Below, in pieces: positions 50,920 through 60,893 of a stretch of 64,000 nucleotides of DNA. Below the pieces are notes generated by a model. That model saw only the letters and a program-made list of their open reading frames with translations. It was not told the origin of the DNA and made no database searches. The stretch covers positions 6,496,001 through 6,560,000 of the forward strand of contig CAVUSO010000001.1 of the NCBI GenBank assembly GCA_963744145.1. Direction: 5' to 3'. The DNA is from an uncultured cyanobacterium. Lineage in GTDB: Bacteria > Cyanobacteriota > Cyanobacteriia > Cyanobacteriales > CAWUOF01. The first letter of the stretch is position 1. Every line of letters begins with the position of its first letter. The position numbers and the translations under genes were made by a program.

Positions 50920-52503
50920 TCAGCCTAAGGGTAGTCGCACCATAAAAATTGTCCAATTTTGATTGCTGGTGACTTGAATTGTACCTTGAAGATATTCCAC
51001 CATTGTTTTGACGAGAGCTAGTCCTAATCCACTACCACCTTGTTTCCAAAAATCATTTTTAGAAATCCGGTAAAACGGTTCAAAGATCCGAGAGATTTCT
51101 GCTGAGGAAATTTCCACACCAGAGTTACTAATAATAATCGCAATTTGGGATTTGATATTTTCTGCTTCATCGACTGGATCAACTCTTACCTCTATAGTAA
51201 TTTTTTCCCCAATTGGTGTATATTTACAAGCATTATTAAGTAATTCTAAAACAATTCGAGACAGGCTAATTCGATCGGAAACAAAGGAAGTTAAATTTGG
51301 TGAAACAGTTATTTGTAAAGTTTGTTGCTGAGTAGTGAGCTTTGTTTGAAAATTTTCAGTGATATGAGATAGCCACTCCTCAATCTGAATCGTGGTCAAA
51401 TCTAAAGGATAGGCACCTGATTCCAGGGCTCGCAGATCTAGCAAGTCATTCACCAGATTGATTTCCTCATCACACTGATCCTGTATAATTGAGAGATATT
51501 TAGTAATAACCTCAGCTTGAGCAAGCCCCTCAGTTGTCAAAATTCCCTCCTGATTTAAAAAGGTTTCCAACAGACAAATTATCAGTTTAATATTAGATAG
51601 AGGAGTTCGTAGTTCATGGGATATAGTTGCCAAAAAATCATCTTTTAATTGAGTTATTCTTCGTTGTTCTAATAGTCTACTTTCAGTTTGTTGGATCAGT
51701 TCATTAGCGCGATCGCGTTCTTCCATCAGTCGTCGCTGAGTGTCATCTCGAAACACCAGGACTGCTCCTATGATCAATCTGTCATTATCTCTGAGCAAAG
51801 CCACACTATCAGCGATCGGTAGTTCAGTTCCATCCTTACGCACTAAAAGAACATGGCTCACTAAATAAATCGTTTTTTCTGTTTGCAAAGCTAAAATGAG
51901 CGGGTGAATAATCGGACAATGATTATGTTCATCCAAAAAGATAAAAACATTAGCAATATTTTCCTCTTGGACTTCATTCAGCGTCCAACCAGTGAGAGCT
52001 TCTGCTGCTGAATTAAGATACTTGATATGTAATTGAGGATCAACAACAATAACACCATCTCCCATTTCCTGCAAAACGGTCGAGAAGAATTGCTCACGCT
52101 CATAACGATTGAGCGCTGTTTCGATCGCTACATAGAGTTCTTTTTCGCGGATTGGTTTGAGGATATAGCCAAAGGGAAAGGTCAACTTTGCGCGTTCAAT
52201 CGTGCTTTGATCTGAATGTCCAGTGACATAGATAACAGGAATTTCTAACTGTTGCCAAATTTGTCTAGCTGCTTGAATACCGTCGATCTCACCGCGAATA
52301 CGGATATCCATCAAAATGATACTAGGACGCAGCTTGTTTGCGGTTTCAATCGCAGTTTCACCAGAGTCAATAATCCCTAAAACTATATAACCAAAAGATT
52401 CTAAAGTTTCCTTCAGATTTCTTGCTAGAATATATTCATCTTCAACAATCAACACTCTTACCATTCTGATCATTTTTAAACCAGGCAAAATTTTGGCTGT
52501 CAT
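50920..52503 (-). CDS. Hybrid sensor kinase REC-PAS-HisKA-HATPase
   Basis: VLIVEDE, LMDI, ISHELRTPL, ELLNNACKY, GGSGLGL. Confidence 0.93.
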   Translation of the reverse strand: MTAKILPGLKMIRMVRVLIVEDEYILARNLKETLESFGYIVLGIIDSGETAIETANKLRPSIILMDIRIRGEIDGIQAARQIWQQLEIPVIYVTGHSDQSTIERAKLTFPFGYILKPIREKELYVAIETALNRYEREQFFSTVLQEMGDGVIVVDPQLHIKYLNSAAEALTGWTLNEVQEENIANVFIFLDEHNHCPIIHPLILALQTEKTIYLVSHVLLVRKDGTELPIADSVALLRDNDRLIIGAVLVFRDDTQRRLMEERDRANELIQQTESRLLEQRRITQLKDDFLATISHELRTPLSNIKLIICLLETFLNQEGILTTEGLAQAEVITKYLSIIQDQCDEEINLVNDLLDLRALESGAYPLDLTTIQIEEWLSHITENFQTKLTTQQQTLQITVSPNLTSFVSDRISLSRIVLELLNNACKYTPIGEKITIEVRVDPVDEAENIKSQIAIIISNSGVEISSAEISRIFEPFYRISKNDFWKQGGSGLGLALVKTMVEYLQGTIQVTSNQNWTIFMVRLPLG

Positions 52504-54467
52504 TAATAATTTCCTCCTCTAAAAGTGATTTTCACCTCTGTACCCAGTTGACGGGTTATCTCAAATACTCCCCGGATTTGGGTAACTAATCCTTGGACTA
52601 GAGAAATTCCCAGAGTTGTGGTTTTTTCCAGATCAAAATCATCTGGTAGTCCGATTCCATTATCTCGAACTATCAGCGTAAAAGAGGAGTTTTGCGAACC
52701 GACCATCACAGAATCAACTAATGATATTAACCTAATCTGAATTTCTCCGCTGCGATCATTGGGAAAAGCGTGTTTCAAAGCATTGGATACCAATTCATTG
52801 ACAATTAAGCCACAGGGAATAGCGGTTTCAATTTCTAAGTTTACTGTTTCAACTTGAATATCTAGAGTAACTTGGCTCGAATTAATATTGTAAGAATCAA
52901 AGAGATAAACCGTTAAATCTTGTAGATATTGAGCAAAGTCAATATTAGCCAGATCTTGAGAACGGTAGAGCTTTTCATGCACCAAAGCGATCGAAGCAAT
53001 CCGGTTTTCACTATCTCGTAAAATCATATTTGCTTGGGGATCTTGAGTACGACGGGACTGGATCTGTAGCAACCCACTTACAATACCAAGGTTATTTTTA
53101 ACACGATGATGAATCTCTTTCAATAACACCTCTTTTTCTTTGAGGGAAGCGGTTACCCGTTCTTCAGCTTGTTTGCGATCGGTAATATCCTGTTGAACCG
53201 CAACCAGGACATAACCATAGTCAGGATGCTGAAATACAGAGGTGGTAGCACTACACCAAAATGCAGTCCCATTTTTCTTAACATTATAGACTTCGTAGGT
53301 GGCTTCCCCATGTTGGAGAACCGTAGACCGAATGGCTTGATTAACTGCTTCAGCATCCCTTTCATCATTACCATAATTCACAATCGAAACATGACGACCA
53401 TTAAGTTCATCAGGGTCATAGCCAAACATCTGCTCAAATTTGGGATTAGCATAAACAATAATGCCATTATCAATCCTAACTAGACAAATGCCTTCAGCCA
53501 TATTGCGGGTAATTACAGCTTGTAGTTCCAACTTTTGTTGTGCTTGTTTGCGATCGGTGATATCCAAAATCACCCCTAACATCCGGATGGGCTCACCCTC
53601 AGCATCATATATAGCGCAACCCTTACCAATCAGCCAGTGTAGTGTACCATCTGGATATATCACTCGGTATTCACGTTCATAGTCGGTATGGTGTTTCAGA
53701 GCATTTAATAGGGATTGTTCGACCTGAGACCGATCGTCTGGATGAATTGCTTTGAGCCAGATTTGATAAAGATCGGGTGTTGATTTTGGCTCTAATCCTA
53801 GTAAACGAAAGTGATTGTCATTCCAAACTACTTCTCCAGTTCTGACATCCCAATTCCAGGTGCCGATCTTGGTAAATTCCAAGGTGAGTCTGACTAATTC
53901 TTCTTGTTGAGCTAAGGTTTCTTCTACTAGTTTGCGATCGGTGATATCTTTAGCGATGAAAGAAAACTGAGGTAGTCGATAGGAACCGAGTGCGATCGGA
54001 CAAATATTAACAAATAGCCAGCGCTTTTTGTCAGTATCATCACAATATTCAAAACTGACTGGAGCCTGACGTGACTGAGATATTTGGTAATACTCCAACC
54101 ATTGCTGGGGTCTTTCTGGGGATTCATCCATCTCACTGTCCAGTCGATTTAGTAATGCTTCAGATGTGGTGCCCAAAAAACCAGCCATAGCTTTGTTGAC
54201 AGAAATATAGCGGATATTATTGTGATCGAGTTCAACGATCGCCATCATATTTTCATGGTTGAAGAAACTCCACAGAATTGATTCACTCTGTTGTAGCTTG
54301 ATTTTGATTTGTTCTAACTCAGTAGTTAGTTCACTGATCCGGATTTCCAAATCTTCTTTAGCTTGTCTGAGTTCTAACTCAGCATTTTTTCGGTTGGTAA
54401 TATTTTCAGAAAAACTCATAATCTCCCCAATTTTCTGATTGGGTGCTACCAGTGACACAACTACCAT
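52503..54467 (-). CDS. Multi-PAS sensor kinase of HisKA_2 type; N-terminus probably truncated
   Basis: Repeated DITDRK; LKEIHHRVKNNL; NELVSNALKHAF; begins at a PAC tail (ENITNRK). Confidence 0.9.
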   Translation of the reverse strand: MVVVSLVAPNQKIGEIMSFSENITNRKNAELELRQAKEDLEIRISELTTELEQIKIKLQQSESILWSFFNHENMMAIVELDHNNIRYISVNKAMAGFLGTTSEALLNRLDSEMDESPERPQQWLEYYQISQSRQAPVSFEYCDDTDKKRWLFVNICPIALGSYRLPQFSFIAKDITDRKLVEETLAQQEELVRLTLEFTKIGTWNWDVRTGEVVWNDNHFRLLGLEPKSTPDLYQIWLKAIHPDDRSQVEQSLLNALKHHTDYEREYRVIYPDGTLHWLIGKGCAIYDAEGEPIRMLGVILDITDRKQAQQKLELQAVITRNMAEGICLVRIDNGIIVYANPKFEQMFGYDPDELNGRHVSIVNYGNDERDAEAVNQAIRSTVLQHGEATYEVYNVKKNGTAFWCSATTSVFQHPDYGYVLVAVQQDITDRKQAEERVTASLKEKEVLLKEIHHRVKNNLGIVSGLLQIQSRRTQDPQANMILRDSENRIASIALVHEKLYRSQDLANIDFAQYLQDLTVYLFDSYNINSSQVTLDIQVETVNLEIETAIPCGLIVNELVSNALKHAFPNDRSGEIQIRLISLVDSVMVGSQNSSFTLIVRDNGIGLPDDFDLEKTTTLGISLVQGLVTQIRGVFEITRQLGTEVKITFRGGNY

Positions 54468-54572
54468 TGTATCCGCTGGATGCTACCATTTTTTTTGTTC
54501 ACAGCCTTCTGCTTCACAGCACACCCTGATCCCTAATCAATTAAACCATTTTCCTCTCGATTTTGGCAATTT

Positions 54573-55859
54573 CTAAGCCAACCGTTTTCGCTTCGGGATC
54601 ACATCATCTGCTATTCCCCAATATGCTGATGCTTGCGACATCTTATAACTAAGAATTTCAGGGTGAACTTGATTAAGAATATTCGTAGTTAACAATTGAG
54701 AATTAATTCCTAATGCGTGAATAATTGCATCTCCAATCTCCTTAGATAAAGCGGGTATGACAGCATTGCCAATTTCTCTAAATCCATGCCAAATAGTTCG
54801 ATGAAATTGAAACCAGTCGGGAAAAGTATGTAGTCTAGCAGCTTCTCTAATGGTAATACAGCGAGGTTTTGAGTAGTGAATTGGTCGAGGAGCAGTGAAA
54901 GCACCTTTATCGCTATTAGTTCCAGCACGCAAAGTGTTACAGAGATCCAATTTTGATAACTTAAAAAATCGACTCTTGGGTTCAACTGTTCCTGGTGCAG
55001 TATTAGCAAAACGTTCGATCGACTGTGGTGTATGTACGGAACCAAGATGACCAAAAACTAAATCTCCTACTGTTCTAGTGTGACATTTGGCAAAAATTCC
55101 ACTTGGTTGCAATGCGTATTGAAGTCGATCACCTGTATAGTTAAGTCTATGATGATTTATGCCTCGGTCATAGTCAGTATAAGCTTCGATGTTGGATAGA
55201 TCGGCGATCGCATCATAGACAGTGATTAATGGATTGCTCTGCTCTGAAGATAAATCCTCAGACTGAGCATGAGTTTGTCCATATTTGGGTAAAGGATATT
55301 TAGCCAGATTTACATCGTTTCTACTACCGATTATAATCAAACGCTTTCTTTTCTGGGGTGCACCAAATTCACTCGCATCAAGGATTTTGATTGGTTGGTC
55401 GATTCGATAACCTATGGTAGCAAATTCACTAATTAATTCCGTCAGAAATTGTCGGTGCTGTCCAGTTGTCATTCCTGGTACATTCTCAAAAATAAAATAT
55501 TTTGGTTTCAGTTCAGAGATAATTCTATGGTATTGAAATACTAATGAGTTTCTTGGATCATTAAGCTGACGCTTTCCCATCAGGGAGAATCCTTGACAAG
55601 GAGGACCACCAGCAATTAAGTCAATATCTTTTCCGTAACCCTTTTCAACTAGCGCTTGGAGGATATCTGAACTGGAAACCTGGGAAATATCTTGGCAAAT
55701 TGTTTCACAATAAGGGAAATTGTAATGATGAACTAATGAATGGATAGCATCAAACTCAACTGCTACAGCCACATCAAAACCAGCTGCTTCTAATCCCAGG
55801 GACATTCCTCCACAACCGGCAAATAAATCTATCGCTATGGGTCTTTTTATGGTGATCAT
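54573..55859 (-). CDS. DNA (cytosine-5)-methyltransferase
   Basis: DLFAGCGG, GGPPCQGFS, ENV, Q.RKR, REAARL..FPD, IGNAV. Confidence 0.95.
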   Translation of the reverse strand: MITIKRPIAIDLFAGCGGMSLGLEAAGFDVAVAVEFDAIHSLVHHYNFPYCETICQDISQVSSSDILQALVEKGYGKDIDLIAGGPPCQGFSLMGKRQLNDPRNSLVFQYHRIISELKPKYFIFENVPGMTTGQHRQFLTELISEFATIGYRIDQPIKILDASEFGAPQKRKRLIIIGSRNDVNLAKYPLPKYGQTHAQSEDLSSEQSNPLITVYDAIADLSNIEAYTDYDRGINHHRLNYTGDRLQYALQPSGIFAKCHTRTVGDLVFGHLGSVHTPQSIERFANTAPGTVEPKSRFFKLSKLDLCNTLRAGTNSDKGAFTAPRPIHYSKPRCITIREAARLHTFPDWFQFHRTIWHGFREIGNAVIPALSKEIGDAIIHALGINSQLLTTNILNQVHPEILSYKMSQASAYWGIADDVIPKRKRLA

Positions 55860-55923
55860 GGAAAAATTATTAGCCAGCAGAAGTAATATATGATCATAAC
55901 CTTCATTATTTTATCCTTTCCCC

Positions 55924-56763
55924 TTGCCTAAACAAAGACTAGATACCTTATTAGTAGAGTTAAACCTCTGTTCTTCCCGACAATTGGCTCAACGCTTAAT
56001 TCGTGCTGGGGAAGTTATGGTAAATAATCAGGTAATTGATAAACCTGGTACAGATATAGATATCTCTGCTCAGATTTTAATTAAACAGCGATCGCGATAT
56101 GTATCTAGAGGAGGAGAAAAACTCGCGAAAGCTTTAGAAATCTTTACTATTCCCGTAGCGAATCGAATTTGTTTAGATGGAGGAATTTCTACGGGTGGTT
56201 TTACTGACTGTTTACTCCAAGCAGGTGCTAAATTAGTTTATGGGATTGATGTTGGTTATGGTCAAGTTGACTGGAAATTACGCAATGACCCACGGGTGAT
56301 TTTAAAAGAGCGTACTAATCTCCGTTATCTTCAACCTAGTGAATTATATGGTGATCAACCCTTAGCTGATTTAGGTGTGGTGGATGTATCTTTTATTTCT
56401 CTGACAAAAATTATACCTGTTCTCTGGCAACTGCTCCAACCACCTAAAGAAATAGTATTGTTAGTCAAACCGCAATTTGAAGTGGGACGGGAAAAAATTG
56501 GTAAAAAAGGGGTAGTCCGGGATTCTTATGATCAAGCTCAAGCAATTTGGCAAGTTTTACAAGCGGCTTTAGCTTTAGGATGGAGATATAATGGTCTTAC
56601 TTGGTCTCCTTTAATGGGTCCTGCTGGTAATATTGAGTATCTGCTCTGGTTACAAATCAATAGTCAAATCCCGATTCCCGAATTTGACGCGATCGCACAA
56701 CTCACCCAGTCTGCTCACCATCTTTTAGCTCATCCTCACCCTCCCACCGGTTCAGAAATATAG
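55924..56763 (+). CDS. tlyA: TlyA-family rRNA methyltransferase
   Basis: S4 domain; YVSRGGEKL, STGGFTD, DVSFISL, VKPQFE. Confidence 0.95.
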   Translation: MPKQRLDTLLVELNLCSSRQLAQRLIRAGEVMVNNQVIDKPGTDIDISAQILIKQRSRYVSRGGEKLAKALEIFTIPVANRICLDGGISTGGFTDCLLQAGAKLVYGIDVGYGQVDWKLRNDPRVILKERTNLRYLQPSELYGDQPLADLGVVDVSFISLTKIIPVLWQLLQPPKEIVLLVKPQFEVGREKIGKKGVVRDSYDQAQAIWQVLQAALALGWRYNGLTWSPLMGPAGNIEYLLWLQINSQIPIPEFDAIAQLTQSAHHLLAHPHPPTGSEI

Positions 56764-56796
56764 TCCTAGTTGATCTTGTTCTTTTTTTTTAACTAA

Positions 56797-57555
56797 ATGC
56801 TTTTCTTCAAACAATTTAGCGGTGTCTTATTATATCTTTTTAGTGTCCTATCCCTGCTATTTATAGCAGTTATGATTAAGATCATCTCACTTTCTATTGC
56901 CGATCAACTGATTTATAATCTTTATATAGTTGGGGATATTCTTAGGGGACTTGAAATTGTTGAAACTGTAAATATATTAGTATTTGCCATTCTTGGGATG
57001 GGATTTGGTTTAATTAGTATCTACTTACCCAAACGGTGGGGAATTAAAATTGGCGCTTTATTTTTAATCATCCTATTTCCTTTAATATTTACTATAACTA
57101 ATCTAGTGAGATATCATACTTGGATTCAACATATTGTTGCTAATCAGGGGATAAGTTATGTCCGAGCAGAAAATTTTAGTAATAATTTTTTAAAAAACAA
57201 AATTGGGACAGAAGGATTTATTGGCTTTTATTTATATACGGCAAGTTTTCCAGCTTTACCAACTAAAGAATCACAAATCCAAGAAATAGAAGAGTTACAA
57301 AAATCAGTCAAAAACAAAATTTTGCAAATCATCTTACATGGTAATAAAATCCAACTATCAACAGCGACAGGAATTTTAGCGATCGGAAGTTGGGGAATTA
57401 GAGTTTTTTATTTTTTATTATCCCTATTAGCCACAGTAGTTCATTTTTGGGAAGGATTAAAAGAAGCGGGAAGAATCCCCATCATTAAAGAGGAAAAAGT
57501 CCCCCAGAAAGTCCCCCAAAAAATCCCCAAGAAAAAATTAGCAATTAGCGATTAG
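56797..57555 (+). CDS. Hypothetical membrane protein
   Basis: About four TM segments; KVPQ repeats at the C-terminus. Confidence 0.7.
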   Translation: MLFFKQFSGVLLYLFSVLSLLFIAVMIKIISLSIADQLIYNLYIVGDILRGLEIVETVNILVFAILGMGFGLISIYLPKRWGIKIGALFLIILFPLIFTITNLVRYHTWIQHIVANQGISYVRAENFSNNFLKNKIGTEGFIGFYLYTASFPALPTKESQIQEIEELQKSVKNKILQIILHGNKIQLSTATGILAIGSWGIRVFYFLLSLLATVVHFWEGLKEAGRIPIIKEEKVPQKVPQKIPKKKLAISD

Positions 57556-58999
57556 CAATTTTCAATTCTTTCCGTAATCGATAAAGAATAGTATGGGATT
57601 CTACTTGATTAAGAATCTCGTGAATCATCGTATCCGGACCATCCGGTCCCCAAGTACAACCAAGTTCTAAGTATATCTGTGCTGCTTGACCAACCACATA
57701 AGTTCCATATCCAGCTAGACTAGCTTGCGCGATCGCTGCTCCTAGATAAGCAGGAATTCCTGGAGTCGCGATCGCTGTAGCAGTTTTACCTAAACCAAAG
57801 AGAAAACTACTGCTCAATTCACTTAATAATAACCCACCGGCACTGATCATAATCTTCTTTAACAACTTACTTGCTTCATAACCAGTCATTGGTAGATTAT
57901 AGAGTTTAGCCAAAGCACGAATCAAAGCTAAATCAGCTACAGTTCCACCAATTAAATCTAACAAGAAAATCGGATTGACCGCAACTGCTAGAGATTTATA
58001 TTTAGCAAACTCCCAAATTAAATCTGCTGCGGCTCGGTGACGGATTTCCAGAGTTTTATTAGCAATTTTTATTTGAGCATCTTTAGCTTGAATTAGAGCA
58101 TTTACAGCTAAAAGCGATCGCCCTTCCTGATTTAATAAATTCAGAATTTTTTGCTTTAACTCATCCATCATCGGTGGGGGAGACTCCCATTCTGCTGTCA
58201 CCTCTCCATTGGGCCATTCCACCCGAATTTCCCTCGGTACAGGAGCCGCAGCGACCATCACAATTTCATCAGCAGATAATAATTTTTCTAACCTTCCTCC
58301 AACTTTACTACCTCCACCAAGATTTTGCAATTGTTGGTAAATTGCTTGTCGATCTTGTTCCGGATAGAGGTCAATTTTATTAAAGACCAAAAGCATTGGT
58401 TTCTGTGCTGTGCGGAGTTCACAGAGCGCTTCATATTCCGTCCGAGTAATATCTCCTGCAACTACAAACAGAATTAAATCTGCTTGACGAGCTACTTCTC
58501 TGGACATTTCTGCTCTTGCTTGACCTTCAATTTCATCTAATCCGGGGGTATCGATTAACTCAATTTGGATCTTACCTTCATGATTAGGTGTCCAACGCAC
58601 GGCTATGGGCCATTGAGTTACCCCATTGAGGGGACCAGTTTGTAATATTTTTTGACCAATTAGAGCATTAAGTACCGCAGATTTACCCCGACTGACTAAA
58701 CCAAATGCTGCAATCCGAACGACACCATGATCAAGTTTAGCTAAGTTAGATGCTAAAACATCCAGTTCAGTTTGGAGAGCTGCTGGTAATTTTGAATTAA
58801 GAGTATTGTGCTGATTGGAGAAGTTTGTATACCTAGTGATTAATTCTCGCAAAGTAGCACGGGCCCGTTGAAAGTGATTGTCTTGTAAATTACTCCAGGT
58901 TGAGGATGTTTGGTGATCACCTGGGGGATGGGGTGGGATTGATTCAGGATGATTCAAGGTAGTTTTTTTTATAGTAGTTTTTTGATTTAACAGACCCAA
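57545..58999 (-). CDS. Era/YcjF-like GTP-binding protein (DUF697)
   Basis: GLVSRGKS, DTPG, NKID. Confidence 0.88.
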   Translation of the reverse strand: MGLLNQKTTIKKTTLNHPESIPPHPPGDHQTSSTWSNLQDNHFQRARATLRELITRYTNFSNQHNTLNSKLPAALQTELDVLASNLAKLDHGVVRIAAFGLVSRGKSAVLNALIGQKILQTGPLNGVTQWPIAVRWTPNHEGKIQIELIDTPGLDEIEGQARAEMSREVARQADLILFVVAGDITRTEYEALCELRTAQKPMLLVFNKIDLYPEQDRQAIYQQLQNLGGGSKVGGRLEKLLSADEIVMVAAAPVPREIRVEWPNGEVTAEWESPPPMMDELKQKILNLLNQEGRSLLAVNALIQAKDAQIKIANKTLEIRHRAAADLIWEFAKYKSLAVAVNPIFLLDLIGGTVADLALIRALAKLYNLPMTGYEASKLLKKIMISAGGLLLSELSSSFLFGLGKTATAIATPGIPAYLGAAIAQASLAGYGTYVVGQAAQIYLELGCTWGPDGPDTMIHEILNQVESHTILYRLRKELKIANR

Positions 59000-59012
59000 A
59001 ACACAGATACAG

Positions 59013-59456
59013 TTAACTTACTGCTGGTAACCATTCTAGATTAAGTAATTGCTCAAGGGAGTAAGGAGATTTGGGAGGAAAACTGATAGAATTTTGAGTT
59101 TTAATTTTTACAAAACCTAACGCATCTTGATAGATAGAGTCTAATTCTGTCTCTAAATAGTTACGCAGGTTAGTAGTAAGTCTTCGTTTTAATTGAGTGC
59201 GAAAATTATAGATTTCTTCTTGCCAATGAATAGCATTATATTCAGTAGCATTGATCCAGTATTGCAGTAATAATAGATCACGAAAAACCTGTTCTAAAAG
59301 ACTGGCTACAGCATTTTTCTTTTCTCTTCCCAAGTCTTCTAACTCCTCAATTAAGTTCTCTAAATCTAGCTCTTGAAATTGGTGGGTTTTAATTAATTTC
59401 ACCGTTTCTTCTAGCCATTGAGAATCATCTAGCTCGTAGAGATTTTTTAAGTTCAT
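59013..59456 (-). CDS. DUF29-family protein
   Basis: LYELD...W, LDLENLIEELEDLG, FP..SPYSLEQLL. Confidence 0.9.
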   Translation of the reverse strand: MNLKNLYELDDSQWLEETVKLIKTHQFQELDLENLIEELEDLGREKKNAVASLLEQVFRDLLLLQYWINATEYNAIHWQEEIYNFRTQLKRRLTTNLRNYLETELDSIYQDALGFVKIKTQNSISFPPKSPYSLEQLLNLEWLPAVS

Positions 59457-59519
59457 AATGATTTAAAGCTATGAAATTATAGATAGCCTCATATTATAGC
59501 ATATTTTGGCAAACTTTGT

Positions 59520-59729
59520 CTATTTTTTTGAATTTGGTTTGGCGATCGCTTGGAGGGCACTAGGGCTATCACGATTGCTCCACCAGTTTTTCTTCTTCCG
59601 TGCTGATTCAGGAAGTGAGCATTTCATCAATGCTTCGATTTCGGTAAAGGTTAGCGTGACTGCTGCTTGATTGCAGCAATGCAGGTGTTCAAAGAGTGGA
59701 TAGTATTTGCTTCCAGGTTTGATGCTCAT
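59520..59729 (-). pseudogene. Truncated small DNA-binding-like protein
   Basis: SKYYPL..HL...VTLTF.EIE.L....LP.SA....WWSN; similarity appears to end at the HIP1 site at 59543. Confidence 0.6.
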
Positions 59730-59749
59730 GAGAGGAATTAATCAAAACC

Positions 59750-60202
59750 TCATGGAACAGATGGGATCACAAAGTCTGAGAACAACTGAATATCAAAACC
59801 TGTATTTTTTAGAGTATTGACTAACCGTTGATCTTGAGTGAGTAGAGGAGCGTTGTTCTGTTGGGAAAGGGCAACATAGCACGCATCATAGGCAGAAATT
59901 CCATGAGCGATACTAAGGGAAAGTGCTTTCAGCATCAGATCAGCAGTAGGCGTTGTGGTGAAGCGAAGCAACTTTAAATCGGCTAGGTTAGCTTGGGCTT
60001 CTGCACTGTCATACAACCCAGCACGAATATATTTCCAGGCAATGTTTGTACATTTGATGTAAAACAAATCTGGAATGTAAATCCGAGCATCCGGATCATT
60101 CAAATGGGCAAAAAGCTGATCCACTTTTGGAGTCAGTGGCTCGATAATGAATTTCTTAATGCCAACGCTGGCATCGACTATACACTTGAGGGAAGTTGTC
60201 AT
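59750..60202 (-). CDS. vapC: VapC/PIN toxin
   Basis: IVDASVGIK, ISAYDACYVAL, LLTQDQRL. Confidence 0.9.
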   Translation of the reverse strand: MTTSLKCIVDASVGIKKFIIEPLTPKVDQLFAHLNDPDARIYIPDLFYIKCTNIAWKYIRAGLYDSAEAQANLADLKLLRFTTTPTADLMLKALSLSIAHGISAYDACYVALSQQNNAPLLTQDQRLVNTLKNTGFDIQLFSDFVIPSVP

Positions 60203-60567
60203 CGGGCACGATCATCCTGAATCAAGGTAAGGGTATCTGGTAGATGGTGTTGAGCGGGGGAAAAGGTTCGGCGTTGCTCAATCCGTTGAAGAATGTTTGC
60301 CTGCGTAGGTTGGTTTTGCTTTTGCTGTGAACCGTTTGCCGACTGTGTTCTTAAGTCTTGTTGGAAGTCTTCAACGCCATAATGAATGGGGATTTTACGG
60401 CTACCCAAAATGCGCTGAAATTCTAATTGATTCATACCTGCAAACTGGCTGGCTGTGCCCAAGGTAATCTTTTCCTGCTGAAACAGCAGAATGGCAATTT
60501 CTAGCTTGAAATCAGCTTCAGAAATATGTGCCGCTTGCAGAAACTCATCAGAAATAACTAAACTCAT
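60199..60567 (-). CDS. Chimeric antitoxin: UPF0175 N-terminus fused to the C-terminus of another antitoxin
   Basis: EIAILLFQQEKITLG.AS..AG....F (UPF0175) followed by ..LPDTLTLIQDDRAR. Confidence 0.72.
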   Translation of the reverse strand: MSLVISDEFLQAAHISEADFKLEIAILLFQQEKITLGTASQFAGMNQLEFQRILGSRKIPIHYGVEDFQQDLRTQSANGSQQKQNQPTQANILQRIEQRRTFSPAQHHLPDTLTLIQDDRAR

Positions 60568-60893
60568 ACTTCAAAATTTCCTTTCATGCTTATTGTTTAT
60601 TAGGTAAGAGGATAACAAAATTTCCAGTTGGGCAAGTAGCGGTTCCAACTCTGAGATAACATGAGCATATCCCACAGTGATCCGGCATCACGGTTGTTTG
60701 CTTGCATAGATCACCTGATATTTGCTACAGCTTGATGAGAAACAAAAAACAAATATTTCAAAGCCCGATCAGATTCAATTGATTTTGATGGGAGGTGTTA
60801 ATATGGGTCTAATTTTACCAGATTTGGCCCTAAATTTTTCCTCTATTTATGTATCACATAAAATGATATTTGTCAAGTAAATTAAGATACGTT

